Shown here: positions 36,746 to 47,192 of the stretch, one piece after another | How positions within the stretch are numbered: position 1 is the stretch's first letter | Layout: every line of letters starts with the position of its first letter | Source of the DNA: an uncultured Chthonomonadaceae bacterium | GTDB taxonomy: Bacteria > Armatimonadota > Chthonomonadetes > Chthonomonadales > Chthonomonadaceae | DNA length: 64,000 nt | NCBI GenBank assembly: GCA_963817895.1 | Contig: CAWFQB010000002.1 | Span: 128,001-192,000, forward strand | Reading direction: 5' to 3' | Made by a program: the position numbers and the translations under genes | Notes under the pieces: model-generated | What the model was told of the DNA's origin: nothing | Seen by the model: the letters and a program-made list of their open reading frames with translations, nothing else | Database searches by the model: none

Positions 36746-39166
36746 ATGGCTCGAAGGAACCAACAAACTATGCTGGCCCAAGAAGAACCCGATGTTCATA
36801 TTGTCGCAAGAACAGCAGCAAGCGTTGCGTCCAGCACGCGCGACATTCTCACAGTTCAGCAATTTATTGATCTCTGCACACGCTTGCAACCTGTCCGTGC
36901 CGCAGAAGACAAAGACAGCGGCCTGTGTGTGACGGCACTCATTGAATACCTCATAGTCGATGGCGAAGTGATCAAACTATCGCTGATTGACGGTCGTTGG
37001 GCTGCTTTATACGTGCGCGTCAGCGATGATGGGCAGCGCAGCAGCAAATCTGGCAAAGCGGTTGCGGATGGCTTTTCGGAAGATGAGCAACTGGAACGCG
37101 GCGTCCGCTATTTTATCAGCAAAAAGCAAGCGTTCAAGGTTTACTCAGACTGCGGCATCTCTGGCGACTATCCCATTGATGACGACAACCTAATCCGTCG
37201 CCTGCTTCAAGGACGGGCAGCGCGCTATCGCAAAATCTACACCCGCACCCTTCTTGACGAGACCTCCCTGCTGCGCCGTTCGGAAGCAGAGATCGCGTCC
37301 ATGAACGCATACGTAGATGGACAGTGCGCCAAGATTTTACAAAGCAACGTCAGCGAGGAAGAAATTTACACGTCGGATGAGTTGGGTGTGCGGCAGAAAT
37401 TGCGACTTAAGGGAAGGCCACGCAAGCATGTATTCTTCCGGCAGGGCTATTCGCAACTTTGGCAAGACATAGAGCAGGATAAGGTGCATACGATTGCCGC
37501 CAGCGACCGATCCCGCCTCAACCGCGCCGCCGATTTGGAAACCGAATTCCTGCAAAGGATTAGCCAGCATAATGTGCGCCTGCACGGGCTGATTGAGGAC
37601 ATGTCCACACTGGATGTCTCCGATCCACTCCGCAAAGGCACAACCTATCTGCTTGCGTCGGTAAACGAATATCGCTTGGAAGAATTGGCGGGACATTCGT
37701 TCCGCGGCAAAATCCAGGGACTTGCAGATGGAAACACAAGTGGGCGGCTTCCCTGGTGGTTGCAGCGCACAAGAACGGGCAAGGCTGAAATCATTCCCGG
37801 TGCGGACGACATTGCCCGTAAAATGGTAAACCTCTACTTGTCGGGCTTGGGCTACGCGGCTATTGCGACGCGACTGGATAAAGACAATGTGCGAGTGGGC
37901 GGCAAGCGCATCACGAGCCGTCAAGTCGCTTATATGCTCGACAGCGATGCCCTTATTGGTATCCAATGGCAACTTGGTTTGGCATGGTGCATCTTTCCTG
38001 CGCTTTTGGATGAGGAGACGCTGCAAGACTTGCGCTGCAAACGCAACAAACGCGCCCATGCCATTAAGAACTTGCACGAGACAGCACAGTGGGCTGATCA
38101 CCTTTTTACGGGCATCCTGAACTGTTGTTGTGGCGCGCGGCTTATCTATAATGCTCCTCGCAAGAGCGACAAAGAAAAAGGGCGCGGGGGCTATTATCGC
38201 TGCCTCACGCGCAATACGCAGGAGGGAGACGATAGTACGCACGCTTGGATCAACGAAGACACGCTTGATGCCTTTCTTTCGGAGATTCTGCGCCACAACC
38301 CCAACCTGCTCACGGGTGAGTTTGGCAGTGATCTGGGCGATCCGCTTTCCCAAAGTACGGCTCGCCGCAGTCTACTCCAAGAGCAACTGGCCCAGGCAGA
38401 GCGCGGATTTGTGGAACAGGAGAAAGAGGCAAAGATCAAGGCCGAGCAGTTGGCAGTGGGAATGGGCCTTCATGTAGGTGCGCCGGGGTTCAAAGAAGCC
38501 GTGTCTGGAATCGTCAAAGGACTAATGGGCGAGAAACAAGTAGAACTGGACACGCTTCGCCACGAAATTGATGATCTAAGCGGACAGATCAGTGATGACC
38601 GCCGAAAGCGGGAGTTGGCAGCGTCCGTCCAGCGATTGCAGGGATGGGATAATCTGGATAACATAACGCGCAACAGGTTACTCCGCACCATCTTCGAGCG
38701 TATCTCCATCTACCCGATGTCCAGAGGAGGCTATCTCGATATTAAACTGGCAGGCATAGATGTTCACCTACCCCCCGCCAAGATGCGTCGTATGAAAGCG
38801 AAGCAAATTGCGTTGCCGACACCAAAAGAATGGCTCACGGACATGTTGCGGTATGCTGCCGATCCAGAATGGTTGACACACACGGAAATGAAGATGAACT
38901 CCCGCACGATGAGACCATTCAACGCCTTTTTGAAAACGATACGCAATGAGAATTGTCCAATAGGCGGGTTGGCAGCGCGTCTGTGTGCCGATGCAGGCTT
39001 TCCGCAGCGGGTGTATTACAAGCCGCGTGTAGAGGCATATATGCGGCAGCAAGGGGCAAGCGAGGAGGAAGTAGCGCTCCTCAATGAAATGTGGGAGCGC
39101 TATGTAGAGGCTGAACTAAGTCGGAGAGAAGCCAAGCAAGTAGAAGAAAGTACGCCTGCGGATTAA
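36746..39166 (+). CDS. Large serine recombinase 2 with catalytic-domain insertion and C-terminal YozE-like domain
   Basis: YVRVS, S..EQ, YSDCGISG, ~100-aa insert, R.G..DRSRLNR, recombinase domain, CCCG..YYRC zinc ribbon, coiled coil; tail FNAFLKTIRNENCPIGGLA..DAGFP..AYM..WERY. Confidence 0.88.
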   Translation: MARRNQQTMLAQEEPDVHIVARTAASVASSTRDILTVQQFIDLCTRLQPVRAAEDKDSGLCVTALIEYLIVDGEVIKLSLIDGRWAALYVRVSDDGQRSSKSGKAVADGFSEDEQLERGVRYFISKKQAFKVYSDCGISGDYPIDDDNLIRRLLQGRAARYRKIYTRTLLDETSLLRRSEAEIASMNAYVDGQCAKILQSNVSEEEIYTSDELGVRQKLRLKGRPRKHVFFRQGYSQLWQDIEQDKVHTIAASDRSRLNRAADLETEFLQRISQHNVRLHGLIEDMSTLDVSDPLRKGTTYLLASVNEYRLEELAGHSFRGKIQGLADGNTSGRLPWWLQRTRTGKAEIIPGADDIARKMVNLYLSGLGYAAIATRLDKDNVRVGGKRITSRQVAYMLDSDALIGIQWQLGLAWCIFPALLDEETLQDLRCKRNKRAHAIKNLHETAQWADHLFTGILNCCCGARLIYNAPRKSDKEKGRGGYYRCLTRNTQEGDDSTHAWINEDTLDAFLSEILRHNPNLLTGEFGSDLGDPLSQSTARRSLLQEQLAQAERGFVEQEKEAKIKAEQLAVGMGLHVGAPGFKEAVSGIVKGLMGEKQVELDTLRHEIDDLSGQISDDRRKRELAASVQRLQGWDNLDNITRNRLLRTIFERISIYPMSRGGYLDIKLAGIDVHLPPAKMRRMKAKQIALPTPKEWLTDMLRYAADPEWLTHTEMKMNSRTMRPFNAFLKTIRNENCPIGGLAARLCADAGFPQRVYYKPRVEAYMRQQGASEEEVALLNEMWERYVEAELSRREAKQVEESTPAD

Positions 39167-39376
39167 CTACCAGACGAACAGCCGTAGCCCATGATAGACG
39201 CTGCGGTGGGCTTCGCTTTCCGGTTGCTGCGCCATCTGTTGCAGGCGATCAACAACCTGCGTGCGAGTCTCCCAAAGAGAAGGATGTACAGCATCTTTTT
39301 GGACTTCGTTCAGATGGTTGGCAAGGTTCTGGTAATCGTCAGCAGTTGGTTGTTTGGCAAAGTGGAACATGCGCAT
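39167..39376 (-). CDS. Small hypothetical protein
   Basis: AGGAG RBS and its own promoter TTGCAT-N17-TATACT (39402-39430, minus strand). Confidence 0.55.
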   Translation of the reverse strand: MRMFHFAKQPTADDYQNLANHLNEVQKDAVHPSLWETRTQVVDRLQQMAQQPESEAHRSVYHGLRLFVW

Positions 39377-39473
39377 CTCCTAAAAGCGATCATTGCAATA
39401 TAGTATACTCTAGCCAAATCGTTCATGCAAGGGAGATGGAAAAGAAATCGTTGTATGTTTGCTTGCTAAAATG

Positions 39474-39624
39474 GATCAGCCCAGTCGAAAGAAATTTTTG
39501 ACTGGGCTGATCTGCGTCTGCCAATTGGCAGACTATTCTCTCTGGATCATTTCTTGTGGGACAAGATATAATATGTCCGTGAATACGTAGAGGCGTGGCA
39601 GAAATATTTCTGCCACGCCTCTAC
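39474..39624. repeat. Cluster of palindromes
   Basis: 13-bp inverted repeat 39474-39512; perfect 18-bp palindrome 39516-39533; perfect 38-bp palindrome 39587-39624. Confidence 0.8.
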
Positions 39625-39678
39625 AATTTGTCGGAAGGTCTATCCGATCTAACAATCAATTTGCTCTCGCTTAAGCCG

Positions 39679-41511
39679 CTATGGGCGAACACCGTTCAGT
39701 TCTCCATCACACCTGTCAACTGCTCGCTGATACCAGCCTCCGACGTTACCACCCGATGCCGCACTTACCGCAGGCGCAGGATTCGCAAATCGATACCACC
39801 CATTGCATGTTGCCTCCTGCTGCTTTGTAGACCTTTGGCTATTGCGTAGCCATGCTAAAAGTCGTTCAAGGGCGACGCAATCCTTTTCTAAATATTCGGC
39901 GATGAGTTTCATTTCGTCGGTTTTGAGGGGTTCTTCCTCCTCGTACGCGGCCCATCCCGCGACTTGTGCCGCCTGCCCCGACATACCATCAGGCCACTCT
40001 ACCTTATAGCGCGGCGCGTATTCCCCCAATGCCTGCGCAATTTCCTTGAGACCGAAGTTCCAGCAACCGGGTAGGCACACCGGCCCTTGTAGAAACACCT
40101 CGCGCAGATCAACGAATGGCAGAGTTTCCAATTGCCATAAGCCGTGTCGTTGGGCGGCCTGCCGCGCTTGCCATACTTCTGCACTGCTGAAATGATACAG
40201 GGCAGCAGTCTTCGATGGATCAAATACTCCTCGCCCACGTAAAAAGGAGAGGAACTTGCGGAGCATTTTGGCCTCAGCCTCGTGCGTTTCTTCTTCCGCC
40301 GTAAAGCGCCTGAAAATCCACTTTCGACCCTCCTTGTATCCGCAGCCGATCATAAAGATCATAGGCGTGCCTGGTAGTAGGGGCCATTCATTAAAGTCCG
40401 GCTTCAACCCCGACATGTACTCCATATCGAGCATTATGGAAACCTCTGCTTTACGCGGCACGAGGTTAGAGGGGATGTCCGACGCTTTGCCGGTTTTGTT
40501 GGCCTTCAACACTGCGCGCAGGCGTTCCGCCAGCGCCGGGTAGATGCCGTCTACATCCTCAAAACGCAGCCGATCAATGTTGCGTGAGAGCAGATCGTCA
40601 ATGCTTGTAAAGCCGTGCAACCGCATTTTGCGGGCGGTCTCCTGGCCTACTCCGGGCAACGTGAGCAAAGAACGAGGTCTCACCTTGTCCCGCAAAATTT
40701 CCTGTTTCGCGTTGTGGAACGGTTCGTCAGATTTATTCATGGGGTTAAGAACCGTTTTTTTGTTTTTGTTTCCCCACGGCAGCCAATTTGCCCCACGCAA
40801 TTTGATGTCCAAGTAGGCATCCCGCAAGTCAGTCAATTCATCGTCCAGGGGTTCATCGATTTTAAGGTTGACATCTACGATAAGGGGTGCATCAATGGTG
40901 TCTCTGGAAATGATGTAGGCGCGGCGGGGCATGTGTCCTTGCAGTTGTCCCAGCATGTAACTGTAAATTCGGGTCTGGGTGGTGGCGTGTTCCAGGTGGT
41001 CTTTCTTCGCCGTTGAATCCAAATTTTGCGAAAACTTGAAATCAATCACAACGTAGTGAGGTGGCTCCTCCACAGTCGGCTTGAGGTGGGGGTAGCGCTT
41101 GTAGAGCCAGGATGTGTGAACGATTCCATCCGCCACCCCGTAAATTTGCTCTGGATACCACCACAGCGCCGCCTGCCAGAGAAACTTTGTTCCTTTTTGA
41201 AGATGCTCAACGGTTTTCTCAAAAGCGTCCTTATTACGCACTTCCCCATTGTGCTGCAACAGGCGCACGGCATGGGGAGCCTCATGGCGGATGTAGGCGG
41301 CTTCAAACTCAGCGCCTAATTTGCTCAGAAATGGTAAGAGACGGTATCTGCCACTGTCTTTATGGTAGCCCTGATTTTGACCGTGTTCGGCGATCCAGAC
41401 GAGTCCTGGATCATTGAAGATGATCGCCCTCCCACGGCTCGCGGAAAACATGTCATCTGAGATACAATCCTGCCCGCCCGTCGCGCGCTCTAATACGTTA
41501 TTTGGTTCCAT
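39679..41511 (-). CDS. TM0106-family RecB-like nuclease (PD-(D/E)XK, HhH and RNase H-like domains)
   Basis: GVADGIV..YVVIDFKFS..Q..Y; LTLPGVG HhH; LDMEY..IFMIG..YHFSSAE..DL..GLKEIA..Y..KDC. Confidence 0.8.
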   Translation of the reverse strand: MEPNNVLERATGGQDCISDDMFSASRGRAIIFNDPGLVWIAEHGQNQGYHKDSGRYRLLPFLSKLGAEFEAAYIRHEAPHAVRLLQHNGEVRNKDAFEKTVEHLQKGTKFLWQAALWWYPEQIYGVADGIVHTSWLYKRYPHLKPTVEEPPHYVVIDFKFSQNLDSTAKKDHLEHATTQTRIYSYMLGQLQGHMPRRAYIISRDTIDAPLIVDVNLKIDEPLDDELTDLRDAYLDIKLRGANWLPWGNKNKKTVLNPMNKSDEPFHNAKQEILRDKVRPRSLLTLPGVGQETARKMRLHGFTSIDDLLSRNIDRLRFEDVDGIYPALAERLRAVLKANKTGKASDIPSNLVPRKAEVSIMLDMEYMSGLKPDFNEWPLLPGTPMIFMIGCGYKEGRKWIFRRFTAEEETHEAEAKMLRKFLSFLRGRGVFDPSKTAALYHFSSAEVWQARQAAQRHGLWQLETLPFVDLREVFLQGPVCLPGCWNFGLKEIAQALGEYAPRYKVEWPDGMSGQAAQVAGWAAYEEEEPLKTDEMKLIAEYLEKDCVALERLLAWLRNSQRSTKQQEATCNGWYRFANPAPAVSAASGGNVGGWYQRAVDRCDGELNGVRP

Positions 41512-41790
41512 CGCAAACTCCAAAAAGAAAGTGTGCAAGCGCGTAGATCAGGTTGTGTATGATCTGGGCTTACATACTATCCTTCTAAATCAAGATGGGG
41601 ATGCACCTGGCTTTGGGAAACTCATCTGACATGTTTTTTTACACAATGTCGGCGTCCAGAGATATTCTGAACTCCCGCGTTCCCAGTATCAGGCACTTCC
41701 GTGGCATGGGAGGAACGTGTTCAATTTTATACAAGACAAGTAAGTCCGGTGGGGAACCTTTTTGGCTTTCCGCATGATACTATAAGTACA

Positions 41791-42276
41791 ATGACTTCCC
41801 GGACGCAGAACAACCGAAGATGGATTGGCTGGCTCCTGACGCTTGCAATGGTCGTCTTAGCCTTGCCTTCGGGTGCGTCCTGGCAATGCCTGGATGGAAC
41901 TCCCTGTCCGGCGAACTGCCCCATGCTTCGGGCTTCGAGTTCTCGTACGGCTTCCTGTGCGACTTCATCGGGGAAGCATTGCTCCCTCTGCACGCCTCGT
42001 GCAGCCGCATTGATAACGTCTCCGCATCATGGCTCGGCTATCGCCTGCACGTCACCAAAGTGTGTTGTGCGGGTTTCTGAGCGGCCTGCCTCTACACTAC
42101 AACAGGGTGTTAAATTCCATGTGCCGTTGCTGGCGCTCCCGCCTCCCGCTCCGGTGCAGTTCACGTTCGTTATCAGTGAAACTACGCTCCTGATTTCGTT
42201 CCCCATTCGTCTTTACTTCTACCCACAACGCTTTCTGCGGCCTGCCTCTGGTCGCGCTCCACCTGCTTCCGTATGA
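41791..42276 (+). CDS. Cys-rich secreted leader protein with C-terminal RAPP motif (DUF2946/CruR-like)
   Basis: Signal/TM segment, CPANC and HCSLC motifs, ends GRAPPASV. Extended -10 (TGaTACTAT) 7 nt before the ATG. Confidence 0.7.
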   Translation: MTSRTQNNRRWIGWLLTLAMVVLALPSGASWQCLDGTPCPANCPMLRASSSRTASCATSSGKHCSLCTPRAAALITSPHHGSAIACTSPKCVVRVSERPASTLQQGVKFHVPLLALPPPAPVQFTFVISETTLLISFPIRLYFYPQRFLRPASGRAPPASV

Positions 42277-42474
42277 CGCCTCTGCCGTGTGGCATAGATG
42301 ATTTGCGTTCGCGCACTTCTATCCGCTCCGGCATATCTGTACGCCTTTCCAAACACCAATTGATGATAAACCTGTCCCACGTTCTTCATGGTGGTCACCT
42401 TTTGTCGCCGTCATGTTGCAGGGACTCTGTCGTCGCACGGCTGATTTCGCGGCTGCGACATCAAGGAACGATTG

Positions 42475-42777
42475 ATGAAATACACCAAGCCGGGCGTCGT
42501 GGCTCTATGCCTGACTCTGACTGGCGCGACTGCTTTTCATGTCTGCGCGCAGACAACACCAAAGAAGTTGGGAGCAAAACAAACGAAGCCTGCGGCGAAG
42601 AAGACGGCGACCGAGGCGAAGAAGACGGCGACCGAGGCGAAATACAGGGCGCACTGTGGCATGATCTACTCCGCCTCCGACGCTAAGAAGTATCACTATG
42701 TCTGCCCGATGGATCATAAGCCCCTAACCAAGATCGCCGCAAACGCGAAGTATGGGGGAACTGTCCCGGTGAAGTAG
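42475..42777 (+). CDS. Small exported heavy-metal-binding protein
   Basis: Signal peptide; AHCGM and YVCPMDHKPL; 21-bp tandem AKKTATE repeat. Confidence 0.7.
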   Translation: MKYTKPGVVALCLTLTGATAFHVCAQTTPKKLGAKQTKPAAKKTATEAKKTATEAKYRAHCGMIYSASDAKKYHYVCPMDHKPLTKIAANAKYGGTVPVK

Positions 42778-42806
42778 TAATACCAAGCCGTTCCGCTACG
42801 TGGGAA

Positions 42807-43448
42807 ATGGCTATTTCCCACGTAGCGGAAGCCAATTTTATGGAAGTGAATACCAAAATGTCTCTCTGGCAAACCCTGCAAACGAATACTCACAAACTTG
42901 GCAAGTGCCAACGCTTGCGCATCGGGCCAGGAACCTTGCTTGCCGTTGTGGTGGCGGCAGCGATCCTGTACGGACAGGTCATGCGCCCGCAGCCAACTGC
43001 TGCCGGGACAAGCCAGATCGTGTATGAAGCCGACGCGCAGGGCCATCTGCGCCGGGTCGCCGCGCCCACCATGTCACCCACCACGGTGCCGCCCTTATGG
43101 AAGCCGGAAATCAGTTTTCTGCTAGACCATGACGGTGAACTAAATCTGCGGCTTGATCAGCGCAAACAGATGAACACCTTGAATATGGCGTGGCTGCGTG
43201 AGAAATCAGCATTGGAACAGCAGATCAACCGTGCGGCGACGGATGCCGATACGCTTTTGAAGCAGGCAACGCCGGAACATGGCGCGGCACCAGCGATGGT
43301 CGCCAGCAGTCTGAGCGACTATTCGGCGTTGTCTGCCGAGTACGATCAGCGGCGCGCGGCTTATTGGGCGAAGGCTGCCGGATTGTTGACGCCTACTCAA
43401 CTTCATCAACTCGACAATGTGCGTCCATCGGCAGGGAAACGAAGATGA
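42807..43448 (+). CDS. Spy/CpxP-like (LTxxQ) periplasmic protein
   Basis: TM anchor; ELNLRLDQ and LLTPTQ motifs flanking long helices. Start may be 42858. Confidence 0.55.
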   Translation: MAISHVAEANFMEVNTKMSLWQTLQTNTHKLGKCQRLRIGPGTLLAVVVAAAILYGQVMRPQPTAAGTSQIVYEADAQGHLRRVAAPTMSPTTVPPLWKPEISFLLDHDGELNLRLDQRKQMNTLNMAWLREKSALEQQINRAATDADTLLKQATPEHGAAPAMVASSLSDYSALSAEYDQRRAAYWAKAAGLLTPTQLHQLDNVRPSAGKRR

Positions 43449-44790
43449 TACGACCTATCAACAAGCCTAAAATGGGGATAATGGTGGCCCTGGCACTCGG
43501 TCTCTCCCTTCCGTTTGGCGGTGAAGCACAGACATTGGGCGCGGAGAGACCTGAAATCAAGGGGCCACTCTCTGTAGCACAGGCGGTGCAAACCGGTCTT
43601 CGGGAGAACCTGATGGTGCGCGCCGCGCAAGCAGACGTTCGGGCCGCCATCGCAGAGACACGAGTAGCGCGCAGTCAGACACGCCCGCAGGTATCGGCAA
43701 ACACCTACCTCTCCTTTGGCGACTCTAATAATATCCTCTACACAGCCGGAAACGTCATGCCTCAGAACTACCTGAGCGTTCCCTCGCAGGGCTTCGCCGA
43801 CCAAAACCTCACGCTCATGGTTCCTATCTACTCTAGTGGACGGCTGGAAAACTCGGTGAAAGCCGCTTCGCAACGGGAGCGCGCCGTCGCTTCCGACGCT
43901 GGCGGCGTTCAGGCGGAAATGGTCTTGCGGATCAAAGACGCCTACTATCGCGCGCTGCTCGCGGCGGAAACCGTCAAGACGGCCCAAACGCGCGTGGATG
44001 CGAGCACGGAACTGGTGAAAACCACCCAGGCGCTTTATGCAGCGGGCAAGGGCCTCGAAGCCTCGGTGCGCCGAGTGGAGGCAGAACTCGCCGATGCGCA
44101 ACGCGCGCTGACAACAGCCCGCAACATCCAGGCCAAAGCCCTGCTTGATCTCAAGGCCGCAATGGGAGTGCGCCTCGACATCGGACATCTCTCTCAGCGA
44201 CGCGCTCACATTTACACCACCGACCGGCGACCTTGCCGCACAACTGACGGATGCCGCAAAAACGCGCCCCGAACTACAAGCGGTGCGGGCGCGCGCAACG
44301 GCAGCCGAGGCGCAGACCCGTTCGGTTCGCGGTTCACAGGGGCCGCAGGTGTATGGCATGGCGATGGCGGACGGTTTCACATCCCACCCACAGGGAACAC
44401 GCGAAGGCTATACGGTGGGCGTTGTCCTCAGCCTGCCCCTGATGGACGGAGGACAGCGCCGCGCCGAAACCGCGCAAGCGCGGGCGCGGCAGGAACGCGC
44501 CGAAGCCGAAGCGCGTGACCTGGAACTGCGCGTTGCGGTGGAGGTGCAGCAGGCATGGCTGGATGTGCAGACGGCGGCAGAAAATTACCGCACCGCCCAG
44601 GCCGCGTTGCAGGCCGCGCAAGCCGCCTATGATGTGACCGCCCTCCGCGTGCAGAACCAGAAGGGCCTGCTTGTCGAGCAGTTGGACGCCCTCGCCGCAC
44701 TGACGCAGGCGCGCGGGAATGTGGCGCAGGCGCTGCTATGACCATTCTCTTGCCGTTGCCCGGTTGCAGCGCGCGGTGGGGAGGCCATGA
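43445..44790 (+). CDS. TolC family outer-membrane efflux protein, frameshifted
   Basis: LSVAQAVQTGLREN, IKDAYYRAL, RPELQ, LSLPLMDGG, EVQQAWL. Three frames are needed. Confidence 0.85.
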
Positions 44791-47192
44791 CTACAATGAT
44801 GAGACAGACCATGAAATCGAGAATACGAAGAAGCCTGCTTTGCATAATGGCTTTCGGGTGGCTCTGGCTCTGTCTGCCATTTGCCGCTTTCGCCGGGCCG
44901 CAGACGCAGGCCGGGCCATACCATGTTGAATTAACGACCGAGACCGGCATGGTTCCTTCTACGGGCCGGGCTAAACTGCTCCTAAAACTCACCGATGCGT
45001 CCAGCAAGCCCGTGCAGGGAGCAACGATCCGGTCGCTTACCAAGATGCCAGGCATGAACATGGGTGAGCGAGAAGAAACCGCCATACCGGTGCCAGAATA
45101 GCCCAGGCGTGTATACCGCCCCCGCGCAATTTGCGATGGAAGGTGGGTACGAGGCGAGCCTGAAAATACAGGGGCCGCAGGGAGCGGCAAATGCTACGGT
45201 TTCTCTCAACACCGGGGAGAATATCGGAACTCTCTCGAACTCCGCAGGCACAGGTTCTCAGGCTGGCAATCGTGGCAGTGGCGTCAGGATTTCACCTGGA
45301 CTTCTGCTGCCCTGGCTGGCAGGAGGAGCCGTTATTCTGTTCATCCTTTATCGTATGCGGCGTACAGGCCAGCGTCTATCTTTGCGGGCTGCGGCGAACC
45401 GTTCCGTTCTCGGCGGGTTGATTCTGCTCGGCCTGATCCTCTGGGGCGCAGTGTACGCCGTGAACCACTTCCGCCGAGCAGGGAGCCATGACGCCCATCG
45501 AGGTGCAGGCAATGGACATGAACCTGCCCGCGCCTGCCGGAACTGCCCCTGTGGAACTGGCAACCGTGGAGAGTGGGCAGATCGAAAGCACAGTTCGGTA
45601 CACGGGACAGGCGGTAGGCTTTGTGGAGCAGGATGTGACGCCACGCATCACCGGCACGATTACGATGTTGAACGTTTATGCGGGCGATCGCGTGAAGCGC
45701 GGGCAACTGTTGGCGCGGCTGGACACCAGCCAATCCGCTCCCCTCGTTGCCAATCAGCGCGCAGGCTTGAACATGGCGCGGCAGGGCGTGGGCGTAGCAC
45801 AAAAAGAGTATCAGCAGGCGATTGCCGCCATCAATGAAGCCCATGCCGAAGTGGGCATGAAAACGGGAGCCGTAGAAAGCGCCCGCGCCGACTTGATCGC
45901 CGCGCAAGAGGAGCGCGCGAACGCACAGGCACAACTGGACGCCGCGCAGAGCATGAATGGGGATGCGAGTGCCCAATTGCAGGCAGCGCAGGCCGATCAG
46001 CAATACTGGCGCGACGAGATCAGCCGTGAAGCATCGCTGCTCAAAGCCGGAGCCGTGACGCAGGAAGAGTACCAGCGCGAGAAAGCGCAGGCGGAGAACG
46101 CAGATGCCAAAGTGCGACAGGCGCAGGCGCGTGTCATGCAGGTACAGGCGCAAATTCGCGGCGCGCAATCTGCGGCACGCAAAGCCGAAGCCATGATCGC
46201 CTCCACCAAATCGAAAGTGGATCAAGCCCAAGCCGAACTGAACTCGCACTATGCCCATGTGCGTTCGACGCAGGCCGCAGCGGATTCTGCGCAGACAAAA
46301 GATTGTGCAGGCCGAAGCAGGGGTACAGCAGGCGCAGGCGACACTTGCAGGCGCGTCGGCAACGCAGGGATACAGCGAAATTCGTTCACAAACGGATGGC
46401 GTGGTCACACAGCGCGTCATCAGTCCCGGCGTTCTGGTCAGTCCCGGTCAAACCATTTTGCGGATTTCACAGATCACGCCCATTCGATTGCAGGCCAATG
46501 TGAGCGAATCTGATTTGTCGAAGGTGCGCGTTGGCAGTCATATTCTGGTCAACAATCAGGATGGAAACATCAAGCCGCTGACGGCACAGATCACCTCGGT
46601 CGCGCCCTCAGTTGATCCGTCCGGGCGTACCGGGGTTGTGGAAGCCATCGTTCCGAACAGGGACAGCCGCTTTTTGCCGGGGCAGTACGTGACGATGGAC
46701 ATTTCCACAGGTCGCAACACGAACACCTTGCGGATACCCACGCGCGCCCTTCGCTACCATGCGGCTCCTTCGGGCGGCGTGATCTCTACGCAGACGACAC
46801 CCTCCGTCTGGGTGGCGGAACCTGTTGCCGGACAGGAAGGCCAGTACACTGTCCACGAGGTGGAGGTGAAGGTGGGATTGAGCGACGAGAAAAGCACGGA
46901 AATCCTCGCCGGCTTGAAAGCCGGGCAGAAGGTGGTTGTCGCAGGGCAGGACTATCTCAAAAACGGCGATACCGTTTCGCCCGTCGAAAGGCAAATCGCC
47001 GCCAGTAATTCATCCTCCCCGGCAGCGATGAACGGAAGCGCGGGAACAAACAGCACACCCACCCCAGGATCGGCAGCCCCGCGCACTCTCTATACCTGCC
47101 TGATGCACCCGGAAGTGGTTCAGGATCATCCCGGCAACTGCCCCAAGTGCGGCATGGCCCTCGTTCCCAAGCGAGCAGGAGGCGCGCGATGA
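44787..47192 (+). CDS. RND periplasmic adaptor with N-terminal YtkA-like domain and C-terminal heavy-metal-binding domain, frameshifted
   Basis: MPGMNMG YtkA-like part; GDRVKRGQLLARLD; IRSQTDGVV; FLPGQY; GLKAGQKVV; YTCLMHPEVVQDHPGNCPKCGMALVP. Confidence 0.85.

Noticed and set aside
39679..41511. Cas4 or CRISPR-associated nuclease
   Set aside because: No four-Cys Fe-S pattern, no array and no other cas genes; domain order fits TM0106.
29313..41700. Prophage or conjugative element
   Set aside because: No capsid, terminase, portal, relaxase or type IV secretion genes are recognisable in the window; they could lie beyond it.
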